Assembly (NCBI GenBank): GCA_007122885.1
Contig: SKSR01000132.1
Span: 1 to 58,935, forward strand
Length of the DNA: 58,935 bases
DNA from: Gemmatimonadota bacterium
Lineage (GTDB): Bacteria > Gemmatimonadota > Gemmatimonadetes > Longimicrobiales > Gaopeijiaceae
Direction: 5' to 3'
The position numbers were made by a program, and so were the translations under genes. Under the pieces are notes generated by a model that saw only the letters and a list, made by a program, of their open reading frames with translations, was not told the origin of the DNA and ran no database searches. Below, piece by piece: positions 18,738-28,174 of the stretch. The stretch's first letter is position 1; the number at the start of each line of letters is the position of its first letter.

Positions 18738-20336
18738 GTGATACGGCCCTGGGTCCAGGAAGTCCTCCCGGCCCCCGAGCCGGCCGCCGTCCTCGCTCGG
18801 GCGTCACGGCTGCCTCACCCGCTCCTCCTGGAAAGCGTCCCCTCGGGGGGACCGGGGGGCCGCTACTCCTTCCTTTCGGCTGACCCTTTCCGAATCCTCA
18901 CGGAGGGCGAGGAAGGAGATCCGTTCGCGGCGCTCCGCCGTCTCCTGGTCTCGGGGAGGATGGAGACGCTCCCCGGCCTGCCCCCGTTCCAAGGGGGCGT
19001 TGCGGGGTACTTGGGGTTCGAGCTCCACCGCTTTCTGGAGCCCGGAATTCTCCTCCCCCCTCGAGACCACCGGCACCCGGAGCTTTGGCTCGGGGCTTTC
19101 GACTGGGTGTTGGCCTGGGACCACGTGAAGGATCGGTGCTGGGTGTTCTCCACAGGCCTTCCCGAAGGGGAGGAGGAGGACCGAAGCCGTCGGGCCCGGA
19201 GGCGGCTGGAGCTGGCCCTGTCCCTGGCCCAGGAAGCGGGGGAGCCCAATTCTGGCTCAGCGGACCAAGCGCGGACGGGGGCCGAAGGCCGGGCAAGTGG
19301 GGACGCCCGCTCCTTCCCCTCCGCCCCGGGTCCGGATCGCCCCACTTCGGGCCCTTCGGGTGAGCTGCTCCCCGGTCATTCCGATCACCCCGTCCCCGCG
19401 TACTCGGGCCTCTTTTCCACCTTTTCCCGGGATGGCTACCTGGCCGCGGTGGAGCGGGTGCGATCGTACATCCGGGCCGGGGACGCCTTTCAGGTGAACT
19501 TGTCCCAGCGGCTCACCGCTCCTTCGTCCCTGGGGCCCCTGGGGGCGTACCGCCGCCTGCGGGAGCACAACCCGGCATCGTACGCGGGTGTGGTAGCGAC
19601 CCGGGAGTCGTGGATCCTGAGCGCCTCTCCCGAGTGCTTCCTTCGCGTTCGAGGTCGGGAGGTGGAGACCCGGCCCATCAAGGGAACGGCGCCCCGGAGC
19701 CGGGATCCCGAGCAGGACCGGCGGTTGGGGCAGGGGCTCCAGTCGAGCGAGAAGGACCGGGCCGAGAACGTCATGATCGTGGACCTGCTCCGAAACGACC
19801 TCTCCAGGGTCTGCGAGGATCACGGGATCGAGGTTCCCGAACTTTGCGTCCTGGAATCCCACCCCTCCGTCCACCATCTCGTCTCCACGGTTCGCGGGCG
19901 GCTCCGGCCGGATGTGGACCTGGTGGATCTTCTGAAGGCCACTTTTCCAGGCGGATCCATAACGGGGGCTCCCAAGATCCGGGCCATGGAGATCATCGGC
20001 GAACTGGAGCCCGTCCGGCGGGGAGTCTACACGGGAAGCGTGGGCTATCTGGGCTTCGACGGCTCGGCCGACCTGAACATCGCCATCCGGACCGTGGTGC
20101 TGGAGTCCGGGCGGGCCCACCTATCCGTAGGGGGAGGGATCCTCCTGGACTCGGATCCGGACGCCGAGTACGAGGAGACGCTCCACAAGGGCCGCCGGCT
20201 TCTCGAGGCCCTGGGCATGAAGCGGGAAGGAGACTCGGCAACCGGGACCGGCGGCCGGGAGGTCGGCCTCCCCGTCGCCTCTCCGGAGAACGCCGACGGC
20301 GAGCGAAAGCCGAGTCCCGAAAGGGGAGAGCCATGA
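18738..20336 (+). CDS. pabB: Aminodeoxychorismate synthase component I
   Basis: Chorismate-binding family (GDAFQVNLSQRL, ECFLRVRGREVETRPIKGTAPR, FPGGSITGAPKIRAMEIIGELEP). Followed by overlapping pabA-like and pabC-like genes. GTG 18738 has GTGGAG upstream; alternative ATG at 18618. Confidence 0.75.
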   Translation: MIRPWVQEVLPAPEPAAVLARASRLPHPLLLESVPSGGPGGRYSFLSADPFRILTEGEEGDPFAALRRLLVSGRMETLPGLPPFQGGVAGYLGFELHRFLEPGILLPPRDHRHPELWLGAFDWVLAWDHVKDRCWVFSTGLPEGEEEDRSRRARRRLELALSLAQEAGEPNSGSADQARTGAEGRASGDARSFPSAPGPDRPTSGPSGELLPGHSDHPVPAYSGLFSTFSRDGYLAAVERVRSYIRAGDAFQVNLSQRLTAPSSLGPLGAYRRLREHNPASYAGVVATRESWILSASPECFLRVRGREVETRPIKGTAPRSRDPEQDRRLGQGLQSSEKDRAENVMIVDLLRNDLSRVCEDHGIEVPELCVLESHPSVHHLVSTVRGRLRPDVDLVDLLKATFPGGSITGAPKIRAMEIIGELEPVRRGVYTGSVGYLGFDGSADLNIAIRTVVLESGRAHLSVGGGILLDSDPDAEYEETLHKGRRLLEALGMKREGDSATGTGGREVGLPVASPENADGERKPSPERGEP

Positions 20337-20953
20337 CCGGGCCGGCTGCCGAGCGGCGGGCGGTTCTTCTGGACAACCGTGATTCCTTCGTCCACACCGT
20401 GGCCCGCTACCTCCGGGAGCTGGGCGCCCGGACCACGGTCCTCCGGAGCGACCGTGCCACCCTGGAGGAACTGGAGCGAACCGGGCTCACCCATCTGGTC
20501 GTCTCGCCGGGTCCGTGTACGCCCACCGAGGCCGGCGTTTCCGTGGAGGCGGTCCGGGCCTGGGGTCCGAAGGCTCCGGTGCTGGGAATCTGCCTGGGCC
20601 ACCAGTGCGTGGCCGCCGCCTATGGCGGACGGGTGGTCCCGGCCAAGGAGCCGATGCACGGGCGGAGCTCCCGGATCCACCACCGGGGGGAGGGGATTCT
20701 GGCGGACTTTCCCAACCCGGCCGAGGCCACCCGTTACCACTCCCTGGCCGTGGGCCGGGACGGGCTTCCCTCCACGCTGACGGTGGAGGCGGAAACGGAG
20801 GATGGGGAGATCATGGCCCTCCGACACCGAACACTCCCCGTGTGGGGGGTCCAGTTCCACCCAGAGTCCGTCCTCACCCGCGGAGGGAGAAATCTGCTGG
20901 GCGCTTTCCTGGACCTTCAGGGGCCGTCCCGGGAAGGGGGCTCGGGGGCATGA
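20333..20953 (+). CDS. pabA: Aminodeoxychorismate/anthranilate synthase component II (class I glutamine amidotransferase)
   Basis: LLDNRDSFVHTVARYL, VLGICLGHQC (catalytic Cys) and VWGVQFHPES (His-Glu). ATGA overlap with the pabB stop. Confidence 0.85.
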   Translation: MTGPAAERRAVLLDNRDSFVHTVARYLRELGARTTVLRSDRATLEELERTGLTHLVVSPGPCTPTEAGVSVEAVRAWGPKAPVLGICLGHQCVAAAYGGRVVPAKEPMHGRSSRIHHRGEGILADFPNPAEATRYHSLAVGRDGLPSTLTVEAETEDGEIMALRHRTLPVWGVQFHPESVLTRGGRNLLGAFLDLQGPSREGGSGA

Positions 20954-21828
20954 GCCTTGGGGAGGAGGGTCTGGCTCGGGTCTGGTTGGATGGGGTTCTG
21001 TGGGGCCCGGGGGAGGCCCTCGTCCCGGTGGAAGACCGAGGGTTCACGTTGGGGGACGCGCTCTTCGAGACCCTGCGCGTGGCCAATGGCCGACCGTTCC
21101 GGCTGGACCGACACTTGAGCAGGCTCGCCCGGGGCGGTCGGGTCCTGGGGATCCCGGTTCCCTTGGAGCGGATCCGAGGTGGTGTGGAGGAGGCTCTGCA
21201 GGCTGGCGCGATCAGGGACGGTGCCCTCCGGATCACCCTGAGCCGGGGCGAGGGGCCTCCCGGCCTGGCCCCGCCGCCCGCCGCCGAGCCAAGGGTGGTC
21301 GTGACGGTCCGTCCATACCGGCCGCCCTCTGACCGGCGCAGGGGAATTCGGGTGCTCGTCGGTGAGGGCCGGGTGGCCGAAGGTGCTCTCACGGCCGGCT
21401 GCAAGCTGGTGGCCTACGGCGAGAGGGTGGCAGCGCTGCTGGCCGCCCGGAAGGAGGGGGCCGACGACGCCCTTCTCCGGAACGGACGGGGGACGGTGGT
21501 GGGAGGAACGGCCTCCAATGTGGTCGTTGTGGAAGACTCCGGGTCCCTGCGCACCCCGGCCGAGTCCTGTGGAGCACTCCCGGGGGTGACCCGGGAGGTG
21601 GTGCTGGAGCTGGCCCGTAGCGAGGGGCGTCCGGTGGAAGAGGGACCGATCCGCCCGGAGGAGCTCATCGGGGCGCAGGAGATCTTCCTCACCAGCAGCC
21701 TTCGGGGGTTGGCTCCGGTGATCTCCCTGGACGGGATTCCTGTGGGTTCCGGTGAACCGGGCCCGATATGGGAAGGGCTGGTCCGCTTCTACGAGACGGT
21801 GGTGGCGGAGGAGACCGCCGCCCATTGA
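20950..21828 (+). CDS. pabC: Aminodeoxychorismate lyase / class IV aminotransferase
   Basis: VPVEDRGFTLGDALFETLRVANGRPFRLDRHLSRL and GVTREVVLELA motifs of fold-type IV PLP enzymes. ATGA overlap with the pabA stop. Confidence 0.75.
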   Translation: MSLGEEGLARVWLDGVLWGPGEALVPVEDRGFTLGDALFETLRVANGRPFRLDRHLSRLARGGRVLGIPVPLERIRGGVEEALQAGAIRDGALRITLSRGEGPPGLAPPPAAEPRVVVTVRPYRPPSDRRRGIRVLVGEGRVAEGALTAGCKLVAYGERVAALLAARKEGADDALLRNGRGTVVGGTASNVVVVEDSGSLRTPAESCGALPGVTREVVLELARSEGRPVEEGPIRPEELIGAQEIFLTSSLRGLAPVISLDGIPVGSGEPGPIWEGLVRFYETVVAEETAAH

Positions 21829-21871
21829 TCGTCCCCTTTCCGGTATGTTCGGGGCCCCCGGGCCGGGCCAT

Positions 21872-22672
21872 CTATCCCCGGTCTTCGTCCACGGCCCGGG
21901 CGTCCTCCACCGCGTCCCGGACCTCCGAGTCCAGGTCGTCGAGCGAAAGCATCCAGCTCAGGTAGTCCGGTTCCAGGCGGGCCACTTCGTGGAGAGGCCG
22001 CCCTCGATGCTTTCCTCTCCGGAACACGAGGCCTCCGTCCCGTGCTTCGAACCAACGTTCTAGTTCTGTTTCGAAGGGTTGCACTTCGTCGCAGTAGCTC
22101 GAGAGGCCTGCAATGCTGCGGGGGAGGTGGGGATAGCGGTCGAGTTGGGCCGCCAGGACCGCCGCCGTTGTTCTGATGTCGCCCAGGGCCGTATGGGCGT
22201 CCTCGTGTTCCCGCCCCAGGTAGTAGCGGGCCGCCGCCTCCAGGTCTCTGGGCTCCTCCCTGTGGAAGATCGTTTGGGCGTCCACGATCCTACGCCCCCG
22301 CGGGTCGAAGCGGACCCCGGAGCGGCGGAACTCCGCCAGGAGCATGGGCAGGTCGAATCGCCGGATGTTGAAGCCGGCCAGGTCGCACGGATCCAGGAGC
22401 TCGGCCAGGCTTCGCGCGCGGGCCGGAAACGGGGGTTCGTCGGCTACATCCTCGTCCCGTATCCCGTGGACTGCGGTGGCCTCCGGGGCGATGGGCATCT
22501 CGGGATTGAACCGACGGACCTTCTCGGTTACGTCCCCGGTGGGCGAGATCCGGAGGACCGCCAGTTCCACGATTCGGTCACGTCCGATGCGGAGCCCCGT
22601 GGTCTCCAGGTCGAGGACGGCCAGGGGCCGGTCCAGCTCCATGGGGAGGCGGATTTCGTCGGGTGGTTCCAT
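21872..22672 (-). CDS. DEDDh 3-prime-5-prime exonuclease (DnaQ-like) with a DUF3820-like C-terminal domain
   Basis: LAVLDLETTGL (Exo I), GFNIRRFDLPML (Exo II), HTALGD (Exo III). The C-terminus FRRGKHRGRPLHEVARLEPDYLSWML resembles DUF3820. Confidence 0.8.
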   Translation of the reverse strand: MEPPDEIRLPMELDRPLAVLDLETTGLRIGRDRIVELAVLRISPTGDVTEKVRRFNPEMPIAPEATAVHGIRDEDVADEPPFPARARSLAELLDPCDLAGFNIRRFDLPMLLAEFRRSGVRFDPRGRRIVDAQTIFHREEPRDLEAAARYYLGREHEDAHTALGDIRTTAAVLAAQLDRYPHLPRSIAGLSSYCDEVQPFETELERWFEARDGGLVFRRGKHRGRPLHEVARLEPDYLSWMLSLDDLDSEVRDAVEDARAVDEDRG

Positions 22673-22730
22673 CGGCCGAGGCTCCGGTGAATGTTCCGGC
22701 GGGGCCGAATACTACCTGCGGGAGGAAGGC

Positions 22731-23753
22731 ATGTCGAGGGAGCGAAGTCCGGGGAAGGAAGAGATGGAGGCGGTCTGGATCCGGGAGTTCGGGGATCCCG
22801 AAGTCCTGGAGTTGCGTCGGGTGGCCATGCCCGAGCCGGAGCCGGGGCAGGTCCGTGTGCGGGTAGCGGCGTCGGGGGTCAACCGCGCGGATCTCCTGCA
22901 GCGACGAGGACACTATCCCCCTCCGCCGGGCTATCCTCCCGAGATCCCCGGTCTGGAGTTCGCCGGGGTCGTGGAGGCTGTGGGCCCGGGCGTCCGGCTC
23001 TGGTCGGCGGGCGACCGGGTCATGGGAATTACCGGGGGAGGAGGGTACGCCGGGTTCGTCATTGCGCGGGAGCGGGAACTGGTCGTGGTTCCCGAGGGAC
23101 TTTCCCTTGTCGAGGCGGGGGGAGTGCCGGAGGTGTACATGACGGCCTTTGATGCACTCTTCTCCCAGGCCGGCCTCCAGGCCGGCGAGACTGTCCTCGT
23201 CCATGCGGTCGGCAGCGGTGTGGGCACCGCCGCCCTCCAACTGGCGCGGAGAGCCGGCGCCAGAGTCCTCGGTACGTCGAGAAGCGACTGGAAGTTGGAT
23301 CGGGCCGCCGAATCGGGCCTCCACTTTCCCATCCCCGGAGACGAGCGCTGGGAGGAGCGGGTCCGGGAAGCCACGGAAGGCCGTGGAGTCGATGTGATCC
23401 TGGACCTGGTGGGGGGAGCGTACCTGGATGGGAACCTGAAGGCACTGACCACTGGCGGGCGCCAGGTCGTGGTGGGGGTCCCTTCGGGCAGCGCCGCAGA
23501 AATCGATCTACGAAGGCTCATGACTCGTCGAGCCCTCGTTCGCGGCACGGTCCTTCGGCCCCGACCACCAGAGGAGAAAGCCCATCTGGCCCGGACCTTC
23601 CAGAGACGGGTGCTCGCCGGCTTCCGGGACGGGACCCTGAACCCGATCCTGGATCGAGCCCTTCCGCCCTCCCGGGCTCCGGAAGCCCACCGGGCCCTGG
23701 AGGGGAACGAGGTCTTCGGGAAGATCGTGTTGGACTGGGAAGCGCCTCCGTGA
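22731..23753 (+). CDS. NAD(P)H:quinone oxidoreductase (zeta-crystallin/PIG3-type MDR)
   Basis: VRVRVAASGVNRADLLQRRGHYPPPPGYPPEIPGLEFAGVV and VHAVGSGVGTAALQLA Rossmann motif. ATG 22731 is preceded by GGGAGGAAGG. Confidence 0.85.
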   Translation: MSRERSPGKEEMEAVWIREFGDPEVLELRRVAMPEPEPGQVRVRVAASGVNRADLLQRRGHYPPPPGYPPEIPGLEFAGVVEAVGPGVRLWSAGDRVMGITGGGGYAGFVIARERELVVVPEGLSLVEAGGVPEVYMTAFDALFSQAGLQAGETVLVHAVGSGVGTAALQLARRAGARVLGTSRSDWKLDRAAESGLHFPIPGDERWEERVREATEGRGVDVILDLVGGAYLDGNLKALTTGGRQVVVGVPSGSAAEIDLRRLMTRRALVRGTVLRPRPPEEKAHLARTFQRRVLAGFRDGTLNPILDRALPPSRAPEAHRALEGNEVFGKIVLDWEAPP

Positions 23754-23856
23754 ACCCGTCAGGGCCCCCTCTATTGGGACCGGACCCTCTGGGGACCTGG
23801 CCCCCCCGCGGGCACCTGGCCCTCGGCTTCGGGCCGGCCTCTCTGTTTCATCAACG

Positions 23857-23889
23857 GGGGGAGGCGGCACCCTGGGTGCCGCCTCCCCC
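23857..23889. terminator. Perfect 14-bp GC-rich hairpin between convergent genes (possible bidirectional terminator)
   Basis: 23857-23870 GGGGGAGGCGGCAC pairs with 23876-23889 GTGCCGCCTCCCCC, loop CCTGG. It lies between the oxidoreductase stop (23753) and the sucA stop (23896). No strong U-tract. Confidence 0.55.
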
Positions 23890-23895
23890 TGCGCT

Positions 23896-26793
23896 TCAGC
23901 CTTCGGTCGGGCCCAGAGCGTCCTGGACAATCCTCTCCTGCTTCGCCTTGTGGGACTTGGTCCGACCTTCGGCCGGGCTGGCTCGCTCGGACCGGGCCAC
24001 GTACCTCAGGGGCACTTCGCGGGGGACCACCGCCCGGAGGCGGGGACCCACGAACGAAAGCGCGCCCATATTTCGGGGCTCCTCTTGAGCCCACATGACC
24101 TCTCGCAGGTTCGGGTATTGGCGCACCAACGCCTCGATTTCCTCGGCCGGGAACGGGTAGAGCTCCTCCACCCTGCCCACGGCCGCGTTCGGGGCCTTTT
24201 CCCGTAGCGCGCTGCCCTGCAGGTCGTAGTAGAACTTTCCGCTGCAGAGAATCAGGCGATGGACCTCGTCGGGGGAGTCCACCTTCGGGTCGGGGATGAC
24301 ACGATGGAACTCTCCCGTGGCCAGAGCCCTCACCGGGGAGGTGGCGGCCGGATGGCGGAGGAGGCTCTTCGGCGTCATGACCACCAGGGGACGTTGCGGG
24401 CTGCCCAGGGCCTGGCGCCTGAGGAGGTGGAAATACTGGGCGGGGGTCGTGGGATAGGCCACCCGCATGTTGTCTTCGGCGCAAAGCTGGAGGAATCGTT
24501 CCAGTCGAGCGCTGGAATGTTCGGGGCCCTGTCCCTCGTATCCGTGGGGGAGGAGGAGGGTGAGCCGGGACACCTGTCCCCACTTGGCTCTGCCCGAGGC
24601 GATGAACTGGTCGATGATGGGCTGGGCCACATTCACGAAGTCACCGAACTGGGCCTCCCACAGGACGAAGTCCTGATCGGCTCCCACGCTGTGTCCGTAT
24701 TCGAAGCCCAGGACCGCCGTTTCCGACAGGGGCGAGTTGTAGATCTCGAACCGGCCCTTCCGGAGCGACCTCAGAGGAAGGGTCCGCTCTCCGGTCTCCA
24801 CATCGTGGAGGACCATGTGCCGCTGGCTGAAGGTCCCTCGCTCCGAGTCTTGGCCCGACAGTCGGACCGGAATCCCGTCGCGAACCAGGGAGCCGAAGGC
24901 CAAGCTTTCCGCATGGGCCCAGTCCAGGGCCTTTTCCTCTGAAAAGTCCGTTCTCCGCTTCTCGAGCTGCTTGCCCAGCTTGGGGTGGATGGAGAAGCCG
25001 TCGGGCAGGTGGAGGGAGGCCTCGTTCACTTCCTCCAGCACGGAGAAGGGTACCGAGGATTCCACCTCCACCGGTTCCGGGTCGTCCGGAGGGGGGGGCA
25101 TCATGGAGCCCTCACCCTGGCCCGCCTCCACCTTCACCCCTTCCTGCGCCGCCTGGAGGGTGTCGGAGACCGAGCGGCCGATGGCCTCCACACGGCTCCG
25201 GTCCACGACACCTTCCTCTTCCAGCTTACGAGCCCACTGGGTCCGGACGGAGGGGTGGCTTTCGATTCGTTGGTAGAGCGTCGGTTGCGTGTAGGTGGGC
25301 TCGTCCCCCTCGTTGTGCCCATGCCGGCGATAGCCCACCAAGTCGATGAGGATGTCGTCCTTGAACCGGTGCCGGTAGGCCATGGCCAACCGCATGGCCC
25401 CGAGACACGCCTCCGGATCGTCGGCGTTCACGTGGAGGACCGGGATATCGTACCCCTTGGCCAAGTCGCTGGCGTAGCGGGTGGACCGGCCCTCGCCGGG
25501 GGTGGTGGTGAATCCCACCTGGTTGTTCACGATGATGTGGACTGTTCCACCGGTCGCGTAGCCTCGGAGCCGGGCCAGATTCAACGTCTCCGCCACCACT
25601 CCTTCGGCGGCGAAGGCCGCGTCTCCGTGGATGAGGATGGGAACCACCGCGGATGTATCCTGTTCCGCTCCGTCCTCCGGTCCCGAGAGCTGCAGTGCCC
25701 GGGTGATCCCCATGACCACCGGGTTCACGAACTCCAGATGGCTCGGGTTGGGCACGAGCTCCACATCGATGTTCCCCCCGTCACCCAACTCGTAGGTGCC
25801 CCGGGCCCCGTGGTGGTACTTCACGTCTCCCGTGCCCGGGTTGGCCGCCGCCAGTGCCCCTTCGTTTTGCGGCGCTCCCTCGAACTCTCGGAGGATGGCT
25901 CGGTACTCGATCCCCACCAAGTGCGCCAGGACATTGAGGCGGCCCCGGTGGGCCATGCCCAGAACCACGTGCCGTCCTCCGATCCGAGCGGCATCCTCCA
26001 CCGCCGCGTCGAGCATCGGGATCAGCATGTCGTTTCCTTCCACCGAGAAGCGCTTGTAGCCCAGGTACGCACGGTGCAGGAACTTCTCCAGGCCCTCGAC
26101 CTGGGAGAGGCGTTCCAGGAGAGTCACCCTCTGTTCCGGGTCCAAGGGCTCCTGGTGGATACCCGATTCCACCTCGCTCCAGAGCCACTGGATCTTCTCG
26201 GGTTCCTCCAGATGCTCGAACTGGTAACCCACCGTCCCGCAGTAGATCTCCTGGAGTCGTTGCAGGGTCTCCGACAGGGGTGTGTCGCCCCCTTCGTCGA
26301 GGACCAGTGACGTGGGCACGCGCTTGAGCTCCTCCAGAGACGTACCGAAGAAGGAGGGATCCAGCTGTGGATGACCCGGCGGTTCGCTACCGAGGGGGTC
26401 GATCCGGGCGAGCTGGTGCCCGTGGTCCCGGAAGGCCTGGATCAGCGCAGCGGCGCGAGCGATCAGGGGCAGGAGGGCTTTGACTTCCTGGAACTCGTCC
26501 CTTTCCTGCCGGGAAAGGGTCCCCTCGGAGGCCCTATCCTCCGCCGTTTCCGGCGCCGCGGACCGATCCGCGTCCGGCGGGGCGCTCGGCGGTGCCGACG
26601 CCACAGTGGGCCCCCCCCCGTTGATTCTCAGGCCCTCCGGCACGATGAGGCCGGACTGGACGGCCTCTTGAATTCCCTTCGAGAAGAAGTTGCGCCACTC
26701 CTCGGGGACGGAGTTGGGGTTTCGGGCGTAACGTTCGTAGAGATCCTGCACGTATCCCGCGTTGTGCGGGTCGAACAGCTTGAAGGTGGACAT
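23896..26793 (-). CDS. sucA: 2-oxoglutarate dehydrogenase E1 component
   Basis: MSTFKLFDPHNAGYVQDLYERYARNPNSVPEEWRNFF N-terminus, GMAHRGRLNVLAH, HGDAAFAAEGVV and LLLPHGYEGQGPEHSSARLERFLQL motifs. Internal ATG at 26793. Confidence 0.9.
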   Translation of the reverse strand: MSTFKLFDPHNAGYVQDLYERYARNPNSVPEEWRNFFSKGIQEAVQSGLIVPEGLRINGGGPTVASAPPSAPPDADRSAAPETAEDRASEGTLSRQERDEFQEVKALLPLIARAAALIQAFRDHGHQLARIDPLGSEPPGHPQLDPSFFGTSLEELKRVPTSLVLDEGGDTPLSETLQRLQEIYCGTVGYQFEHLEEPEKIQWLWSEVESGIHQEPLDPEQRVTLLERLSQVEGLEKFLHRAYLGYKRFSVEGNDMLIPMLDAAVEDAARIGGRHVVLGMAHRGRLNVLAHLVGIEYRAILREFEGAPQNEGALAAANPGTGDVKYHHGARGTYELGDGGNIDVELVPNPSHLEFVNPVVMGITRALQLSGPEDGAEQDTSAVVPILIHGDAAFAAEGVVAETLNLARLRGYATGGTVHIIVNNQVGFTTTPGEGRSTRYASDLAKGYDIPVLHVNADDPEACLGAMRLAMAYRHRFKDDILIDLVGYRRHGHNEGDEPTYTQPTLYQRIESHPSVRTQWARKLEEEGVVDRSRVEAIGRSVSDTLQAAQEGVKVEAGQGEGSMMPPPPDDPEPVEVESSVPFSVLEEVNEASLHLPDGFSIHPKLGKQLEKRRTDFSEEKALDWAHAESLAFGSLVRDGIPVRLSGQDSERGTFSQRHMVLHDVETGERTLPLRSLRKGRFEIYNSPLSETAVLGFEYGHSVGADQDFVLWEAQFGDFVNVAQPIIDQFIASGRAKWGQVSRLTLLLPHGYEGQGPEHSSARLERFLQLCAEDNMRVAYPTTPAQYFHLLRRQALGSPQRPLVVMTPKSLLRHPAATSPVRALATGEFHRVIPDPKVDSPDEVHRLILCSGKFYYDLQGSALREKAPNAAVGRVEELYPFPAEEIEALVRQYPNLREVMWAQEEPRNMGALSFVGPRLRAVVPREVPLRYVARSERASPAEGRTKSHKAKQERIVQDALGPTEG

Positions 26794-27071
26794 CGTCCGT
26801 TGAACTGGTCCTTCGGCGGCGGTTCCTCGCAGCTCCGGAAGGCCGGCATCGCACCGACCCCCAGACCCGAGCGTCGTCCGGAGCGACACCGGGATACACT
26901 GATACCCTAAAGGTATTGATTTTTCCATTGCATGCGAGACGTAGCTCCCAGGTCCCGCCGAAGACACCTTCCGGCCCCGACCGGGGTGCAGTGGGTGGGT
27001 CCGGTGAGGCGCTGGGACCCGGCGGCCCCTTTCGGGGTTTCCGAACGCTCTGGACCTGAGGTGTTCCATCG

Positions 27072-27923
27072 ATGCCCCTCCGCGCCCGGAGCTGTCGTCC
27101 GGGCCGGGAAGTCGGCCATCTGGACGGAGGGTGGACCATCCCCGAAACGCTCATCTCCAACCCGTTTCCGGCCCTTGTCCACCGGGAGTGGGCCGAGCGC
27201 CTTCCTTGGCTCGTGCAGGGTACGACCCTCGCCTCCCAGGGCCATTCGGAGAAGGGACGGAACGGAAAGCCTTGGGACCTGGCGCTCTTCGGTAAGAGCT
27301 CAGGGGAACGGGCCCTGGGCGCCTGGGTCCGTCTCATGGAGGGTCTGGAGATCACCCGGGCCGCCCATGCCCGGCAGGTGCACGCTTCCGCGGTTCTTCT
27401 CCACGAACCCGGCCCTCCGGGGATGCATGTCCACCCGGGAGCGGACGGTCACGCCACCCGCCACCCGGATCTCCTCCTGACCATCTCCCTGGCCGATTGC
27501 ATCCCCGCCTTCGTCGTGGAGCCGGAACGCAGGATCGTGCTGCTCCTTCACTGCGGATGGAGGGGGGTGGCGGCAGGAATCGTGGAGGCGGGCCTTCTCC
27601 TCCTGGAGGACAGACTGGCGGTGGCCCGCGGCGACCTTCATGTTCATCTCGGGCCGGGCGTCTGCGGAGAATGCTACGAAGTGGGGCCGGAGGTGCATGA
27701 AGCCCTGGGTGAGCCGGTATCGACAGGTCCGCGTCCCATTGCTCTTCCCGAGATCGTCCGGAACCGCTTCCTGGAGGGAGGGGTTTCCGAGGCCAGGGTC
27801 AGCGTGTCCAGGACCTGCACCCTGTGTAGCGATCTCCCCCTCTTTTCCCATCGAGGTGGGGACGGGGGTCGCCACGTGGCCTACCTGGCGGTCCGGCGGG
27901 ACGCCGCCGGCCGGTATCCGTGA
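27072..27923 (+). CDS. pgeF: YfiH/PgeF-family (DUF152, laccase-domain) protein
   Basis: QVHASAVLL, ADCIPAFVV, LLHCGWRGVAAGI, GPGVCGECYEVG and CTLCSDLPLFSHRGG motifs characteristic of YfiH/PgeF. Confidence 0.8.
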   Translation: MPLRARSCRPGREVGHLDGGWTIPETLISNPFPALVHREWAERLPWLVQGTTLASQGHSEKGRNGKPWDLALFGKSSGERALGAWVRLMEGLEITRAAHARQVHASAVLLHEPGPPGMHVHPGADGHATRHPDLLLTISLADCIPAFVVEPERRIVLLLHCGWRGVAAGIVEAGLLLLEDRLAVARGDLHVHLGPGVCGECYEVGPEVHEALGEPVSTGPRPIALPEIVRNRFLEGGVSEARVSVSRTCTLCSDLPLFSHRGGDGGRHVAYLAVRRDAAGRYP

Positions 27924-28174
27924 GATCCGGGAGGGGCTTTCGTCCGGAGGCGGGAGGTGTGCCGGCGGGCCTCTGCGGGCGATGTGGCCACAGCAGGGTG
28001 ATCCGGACCCGCAAGGGATCGGTCTTTCGTTTTTGCCGGAAGTCCGAGCAGGACCCGGGGTATCCCCGCTACCCGCCCTTGCCCGTGTTGGCGTGCCGGG
28101 GCTTCGAGGAGGAAGGCGGTAGCGGGGTTGAAGACGGTACCCACGAATTTCCCAATGAGGAGGACAGCGAATGA
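27920..28174 (+). CDS. Small Cys-rich (4-Cys, zinc-ribbon-like) protein of unknown function
   Basis: LCGRCGHSRVIRTRKGSVFRFCRKSEQDPGYPRYPPLPVLACRGF. I recognise this pattern from conserved hypothetical proteins but cannot name the family. GTGA overlap with the pgeF stop and ATGA overlap with the osmC-like start. Confidence 0.5.
   Translation: MRSGRGFRPEAGGVPAGLCGRCGHSRVIRTRKGSVFRFCRKSEQDPGYPRYPPLPVLACRGFEEEGGSGVEDGTHEFPNEEDSE

Noticed and set aside
25091-26619. Homopolymer runs inside sucA (G8 at 25091-25098, C9 at 26611-26619) as possible phase-variation tracts.
   Set aside because: They encode in-frame PPPP and GGG within an otherwise intact central-metabolism gene, and nothing suggests slipped-strand switching. 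They are worth noting only as indel-prone sites for sequencing error.
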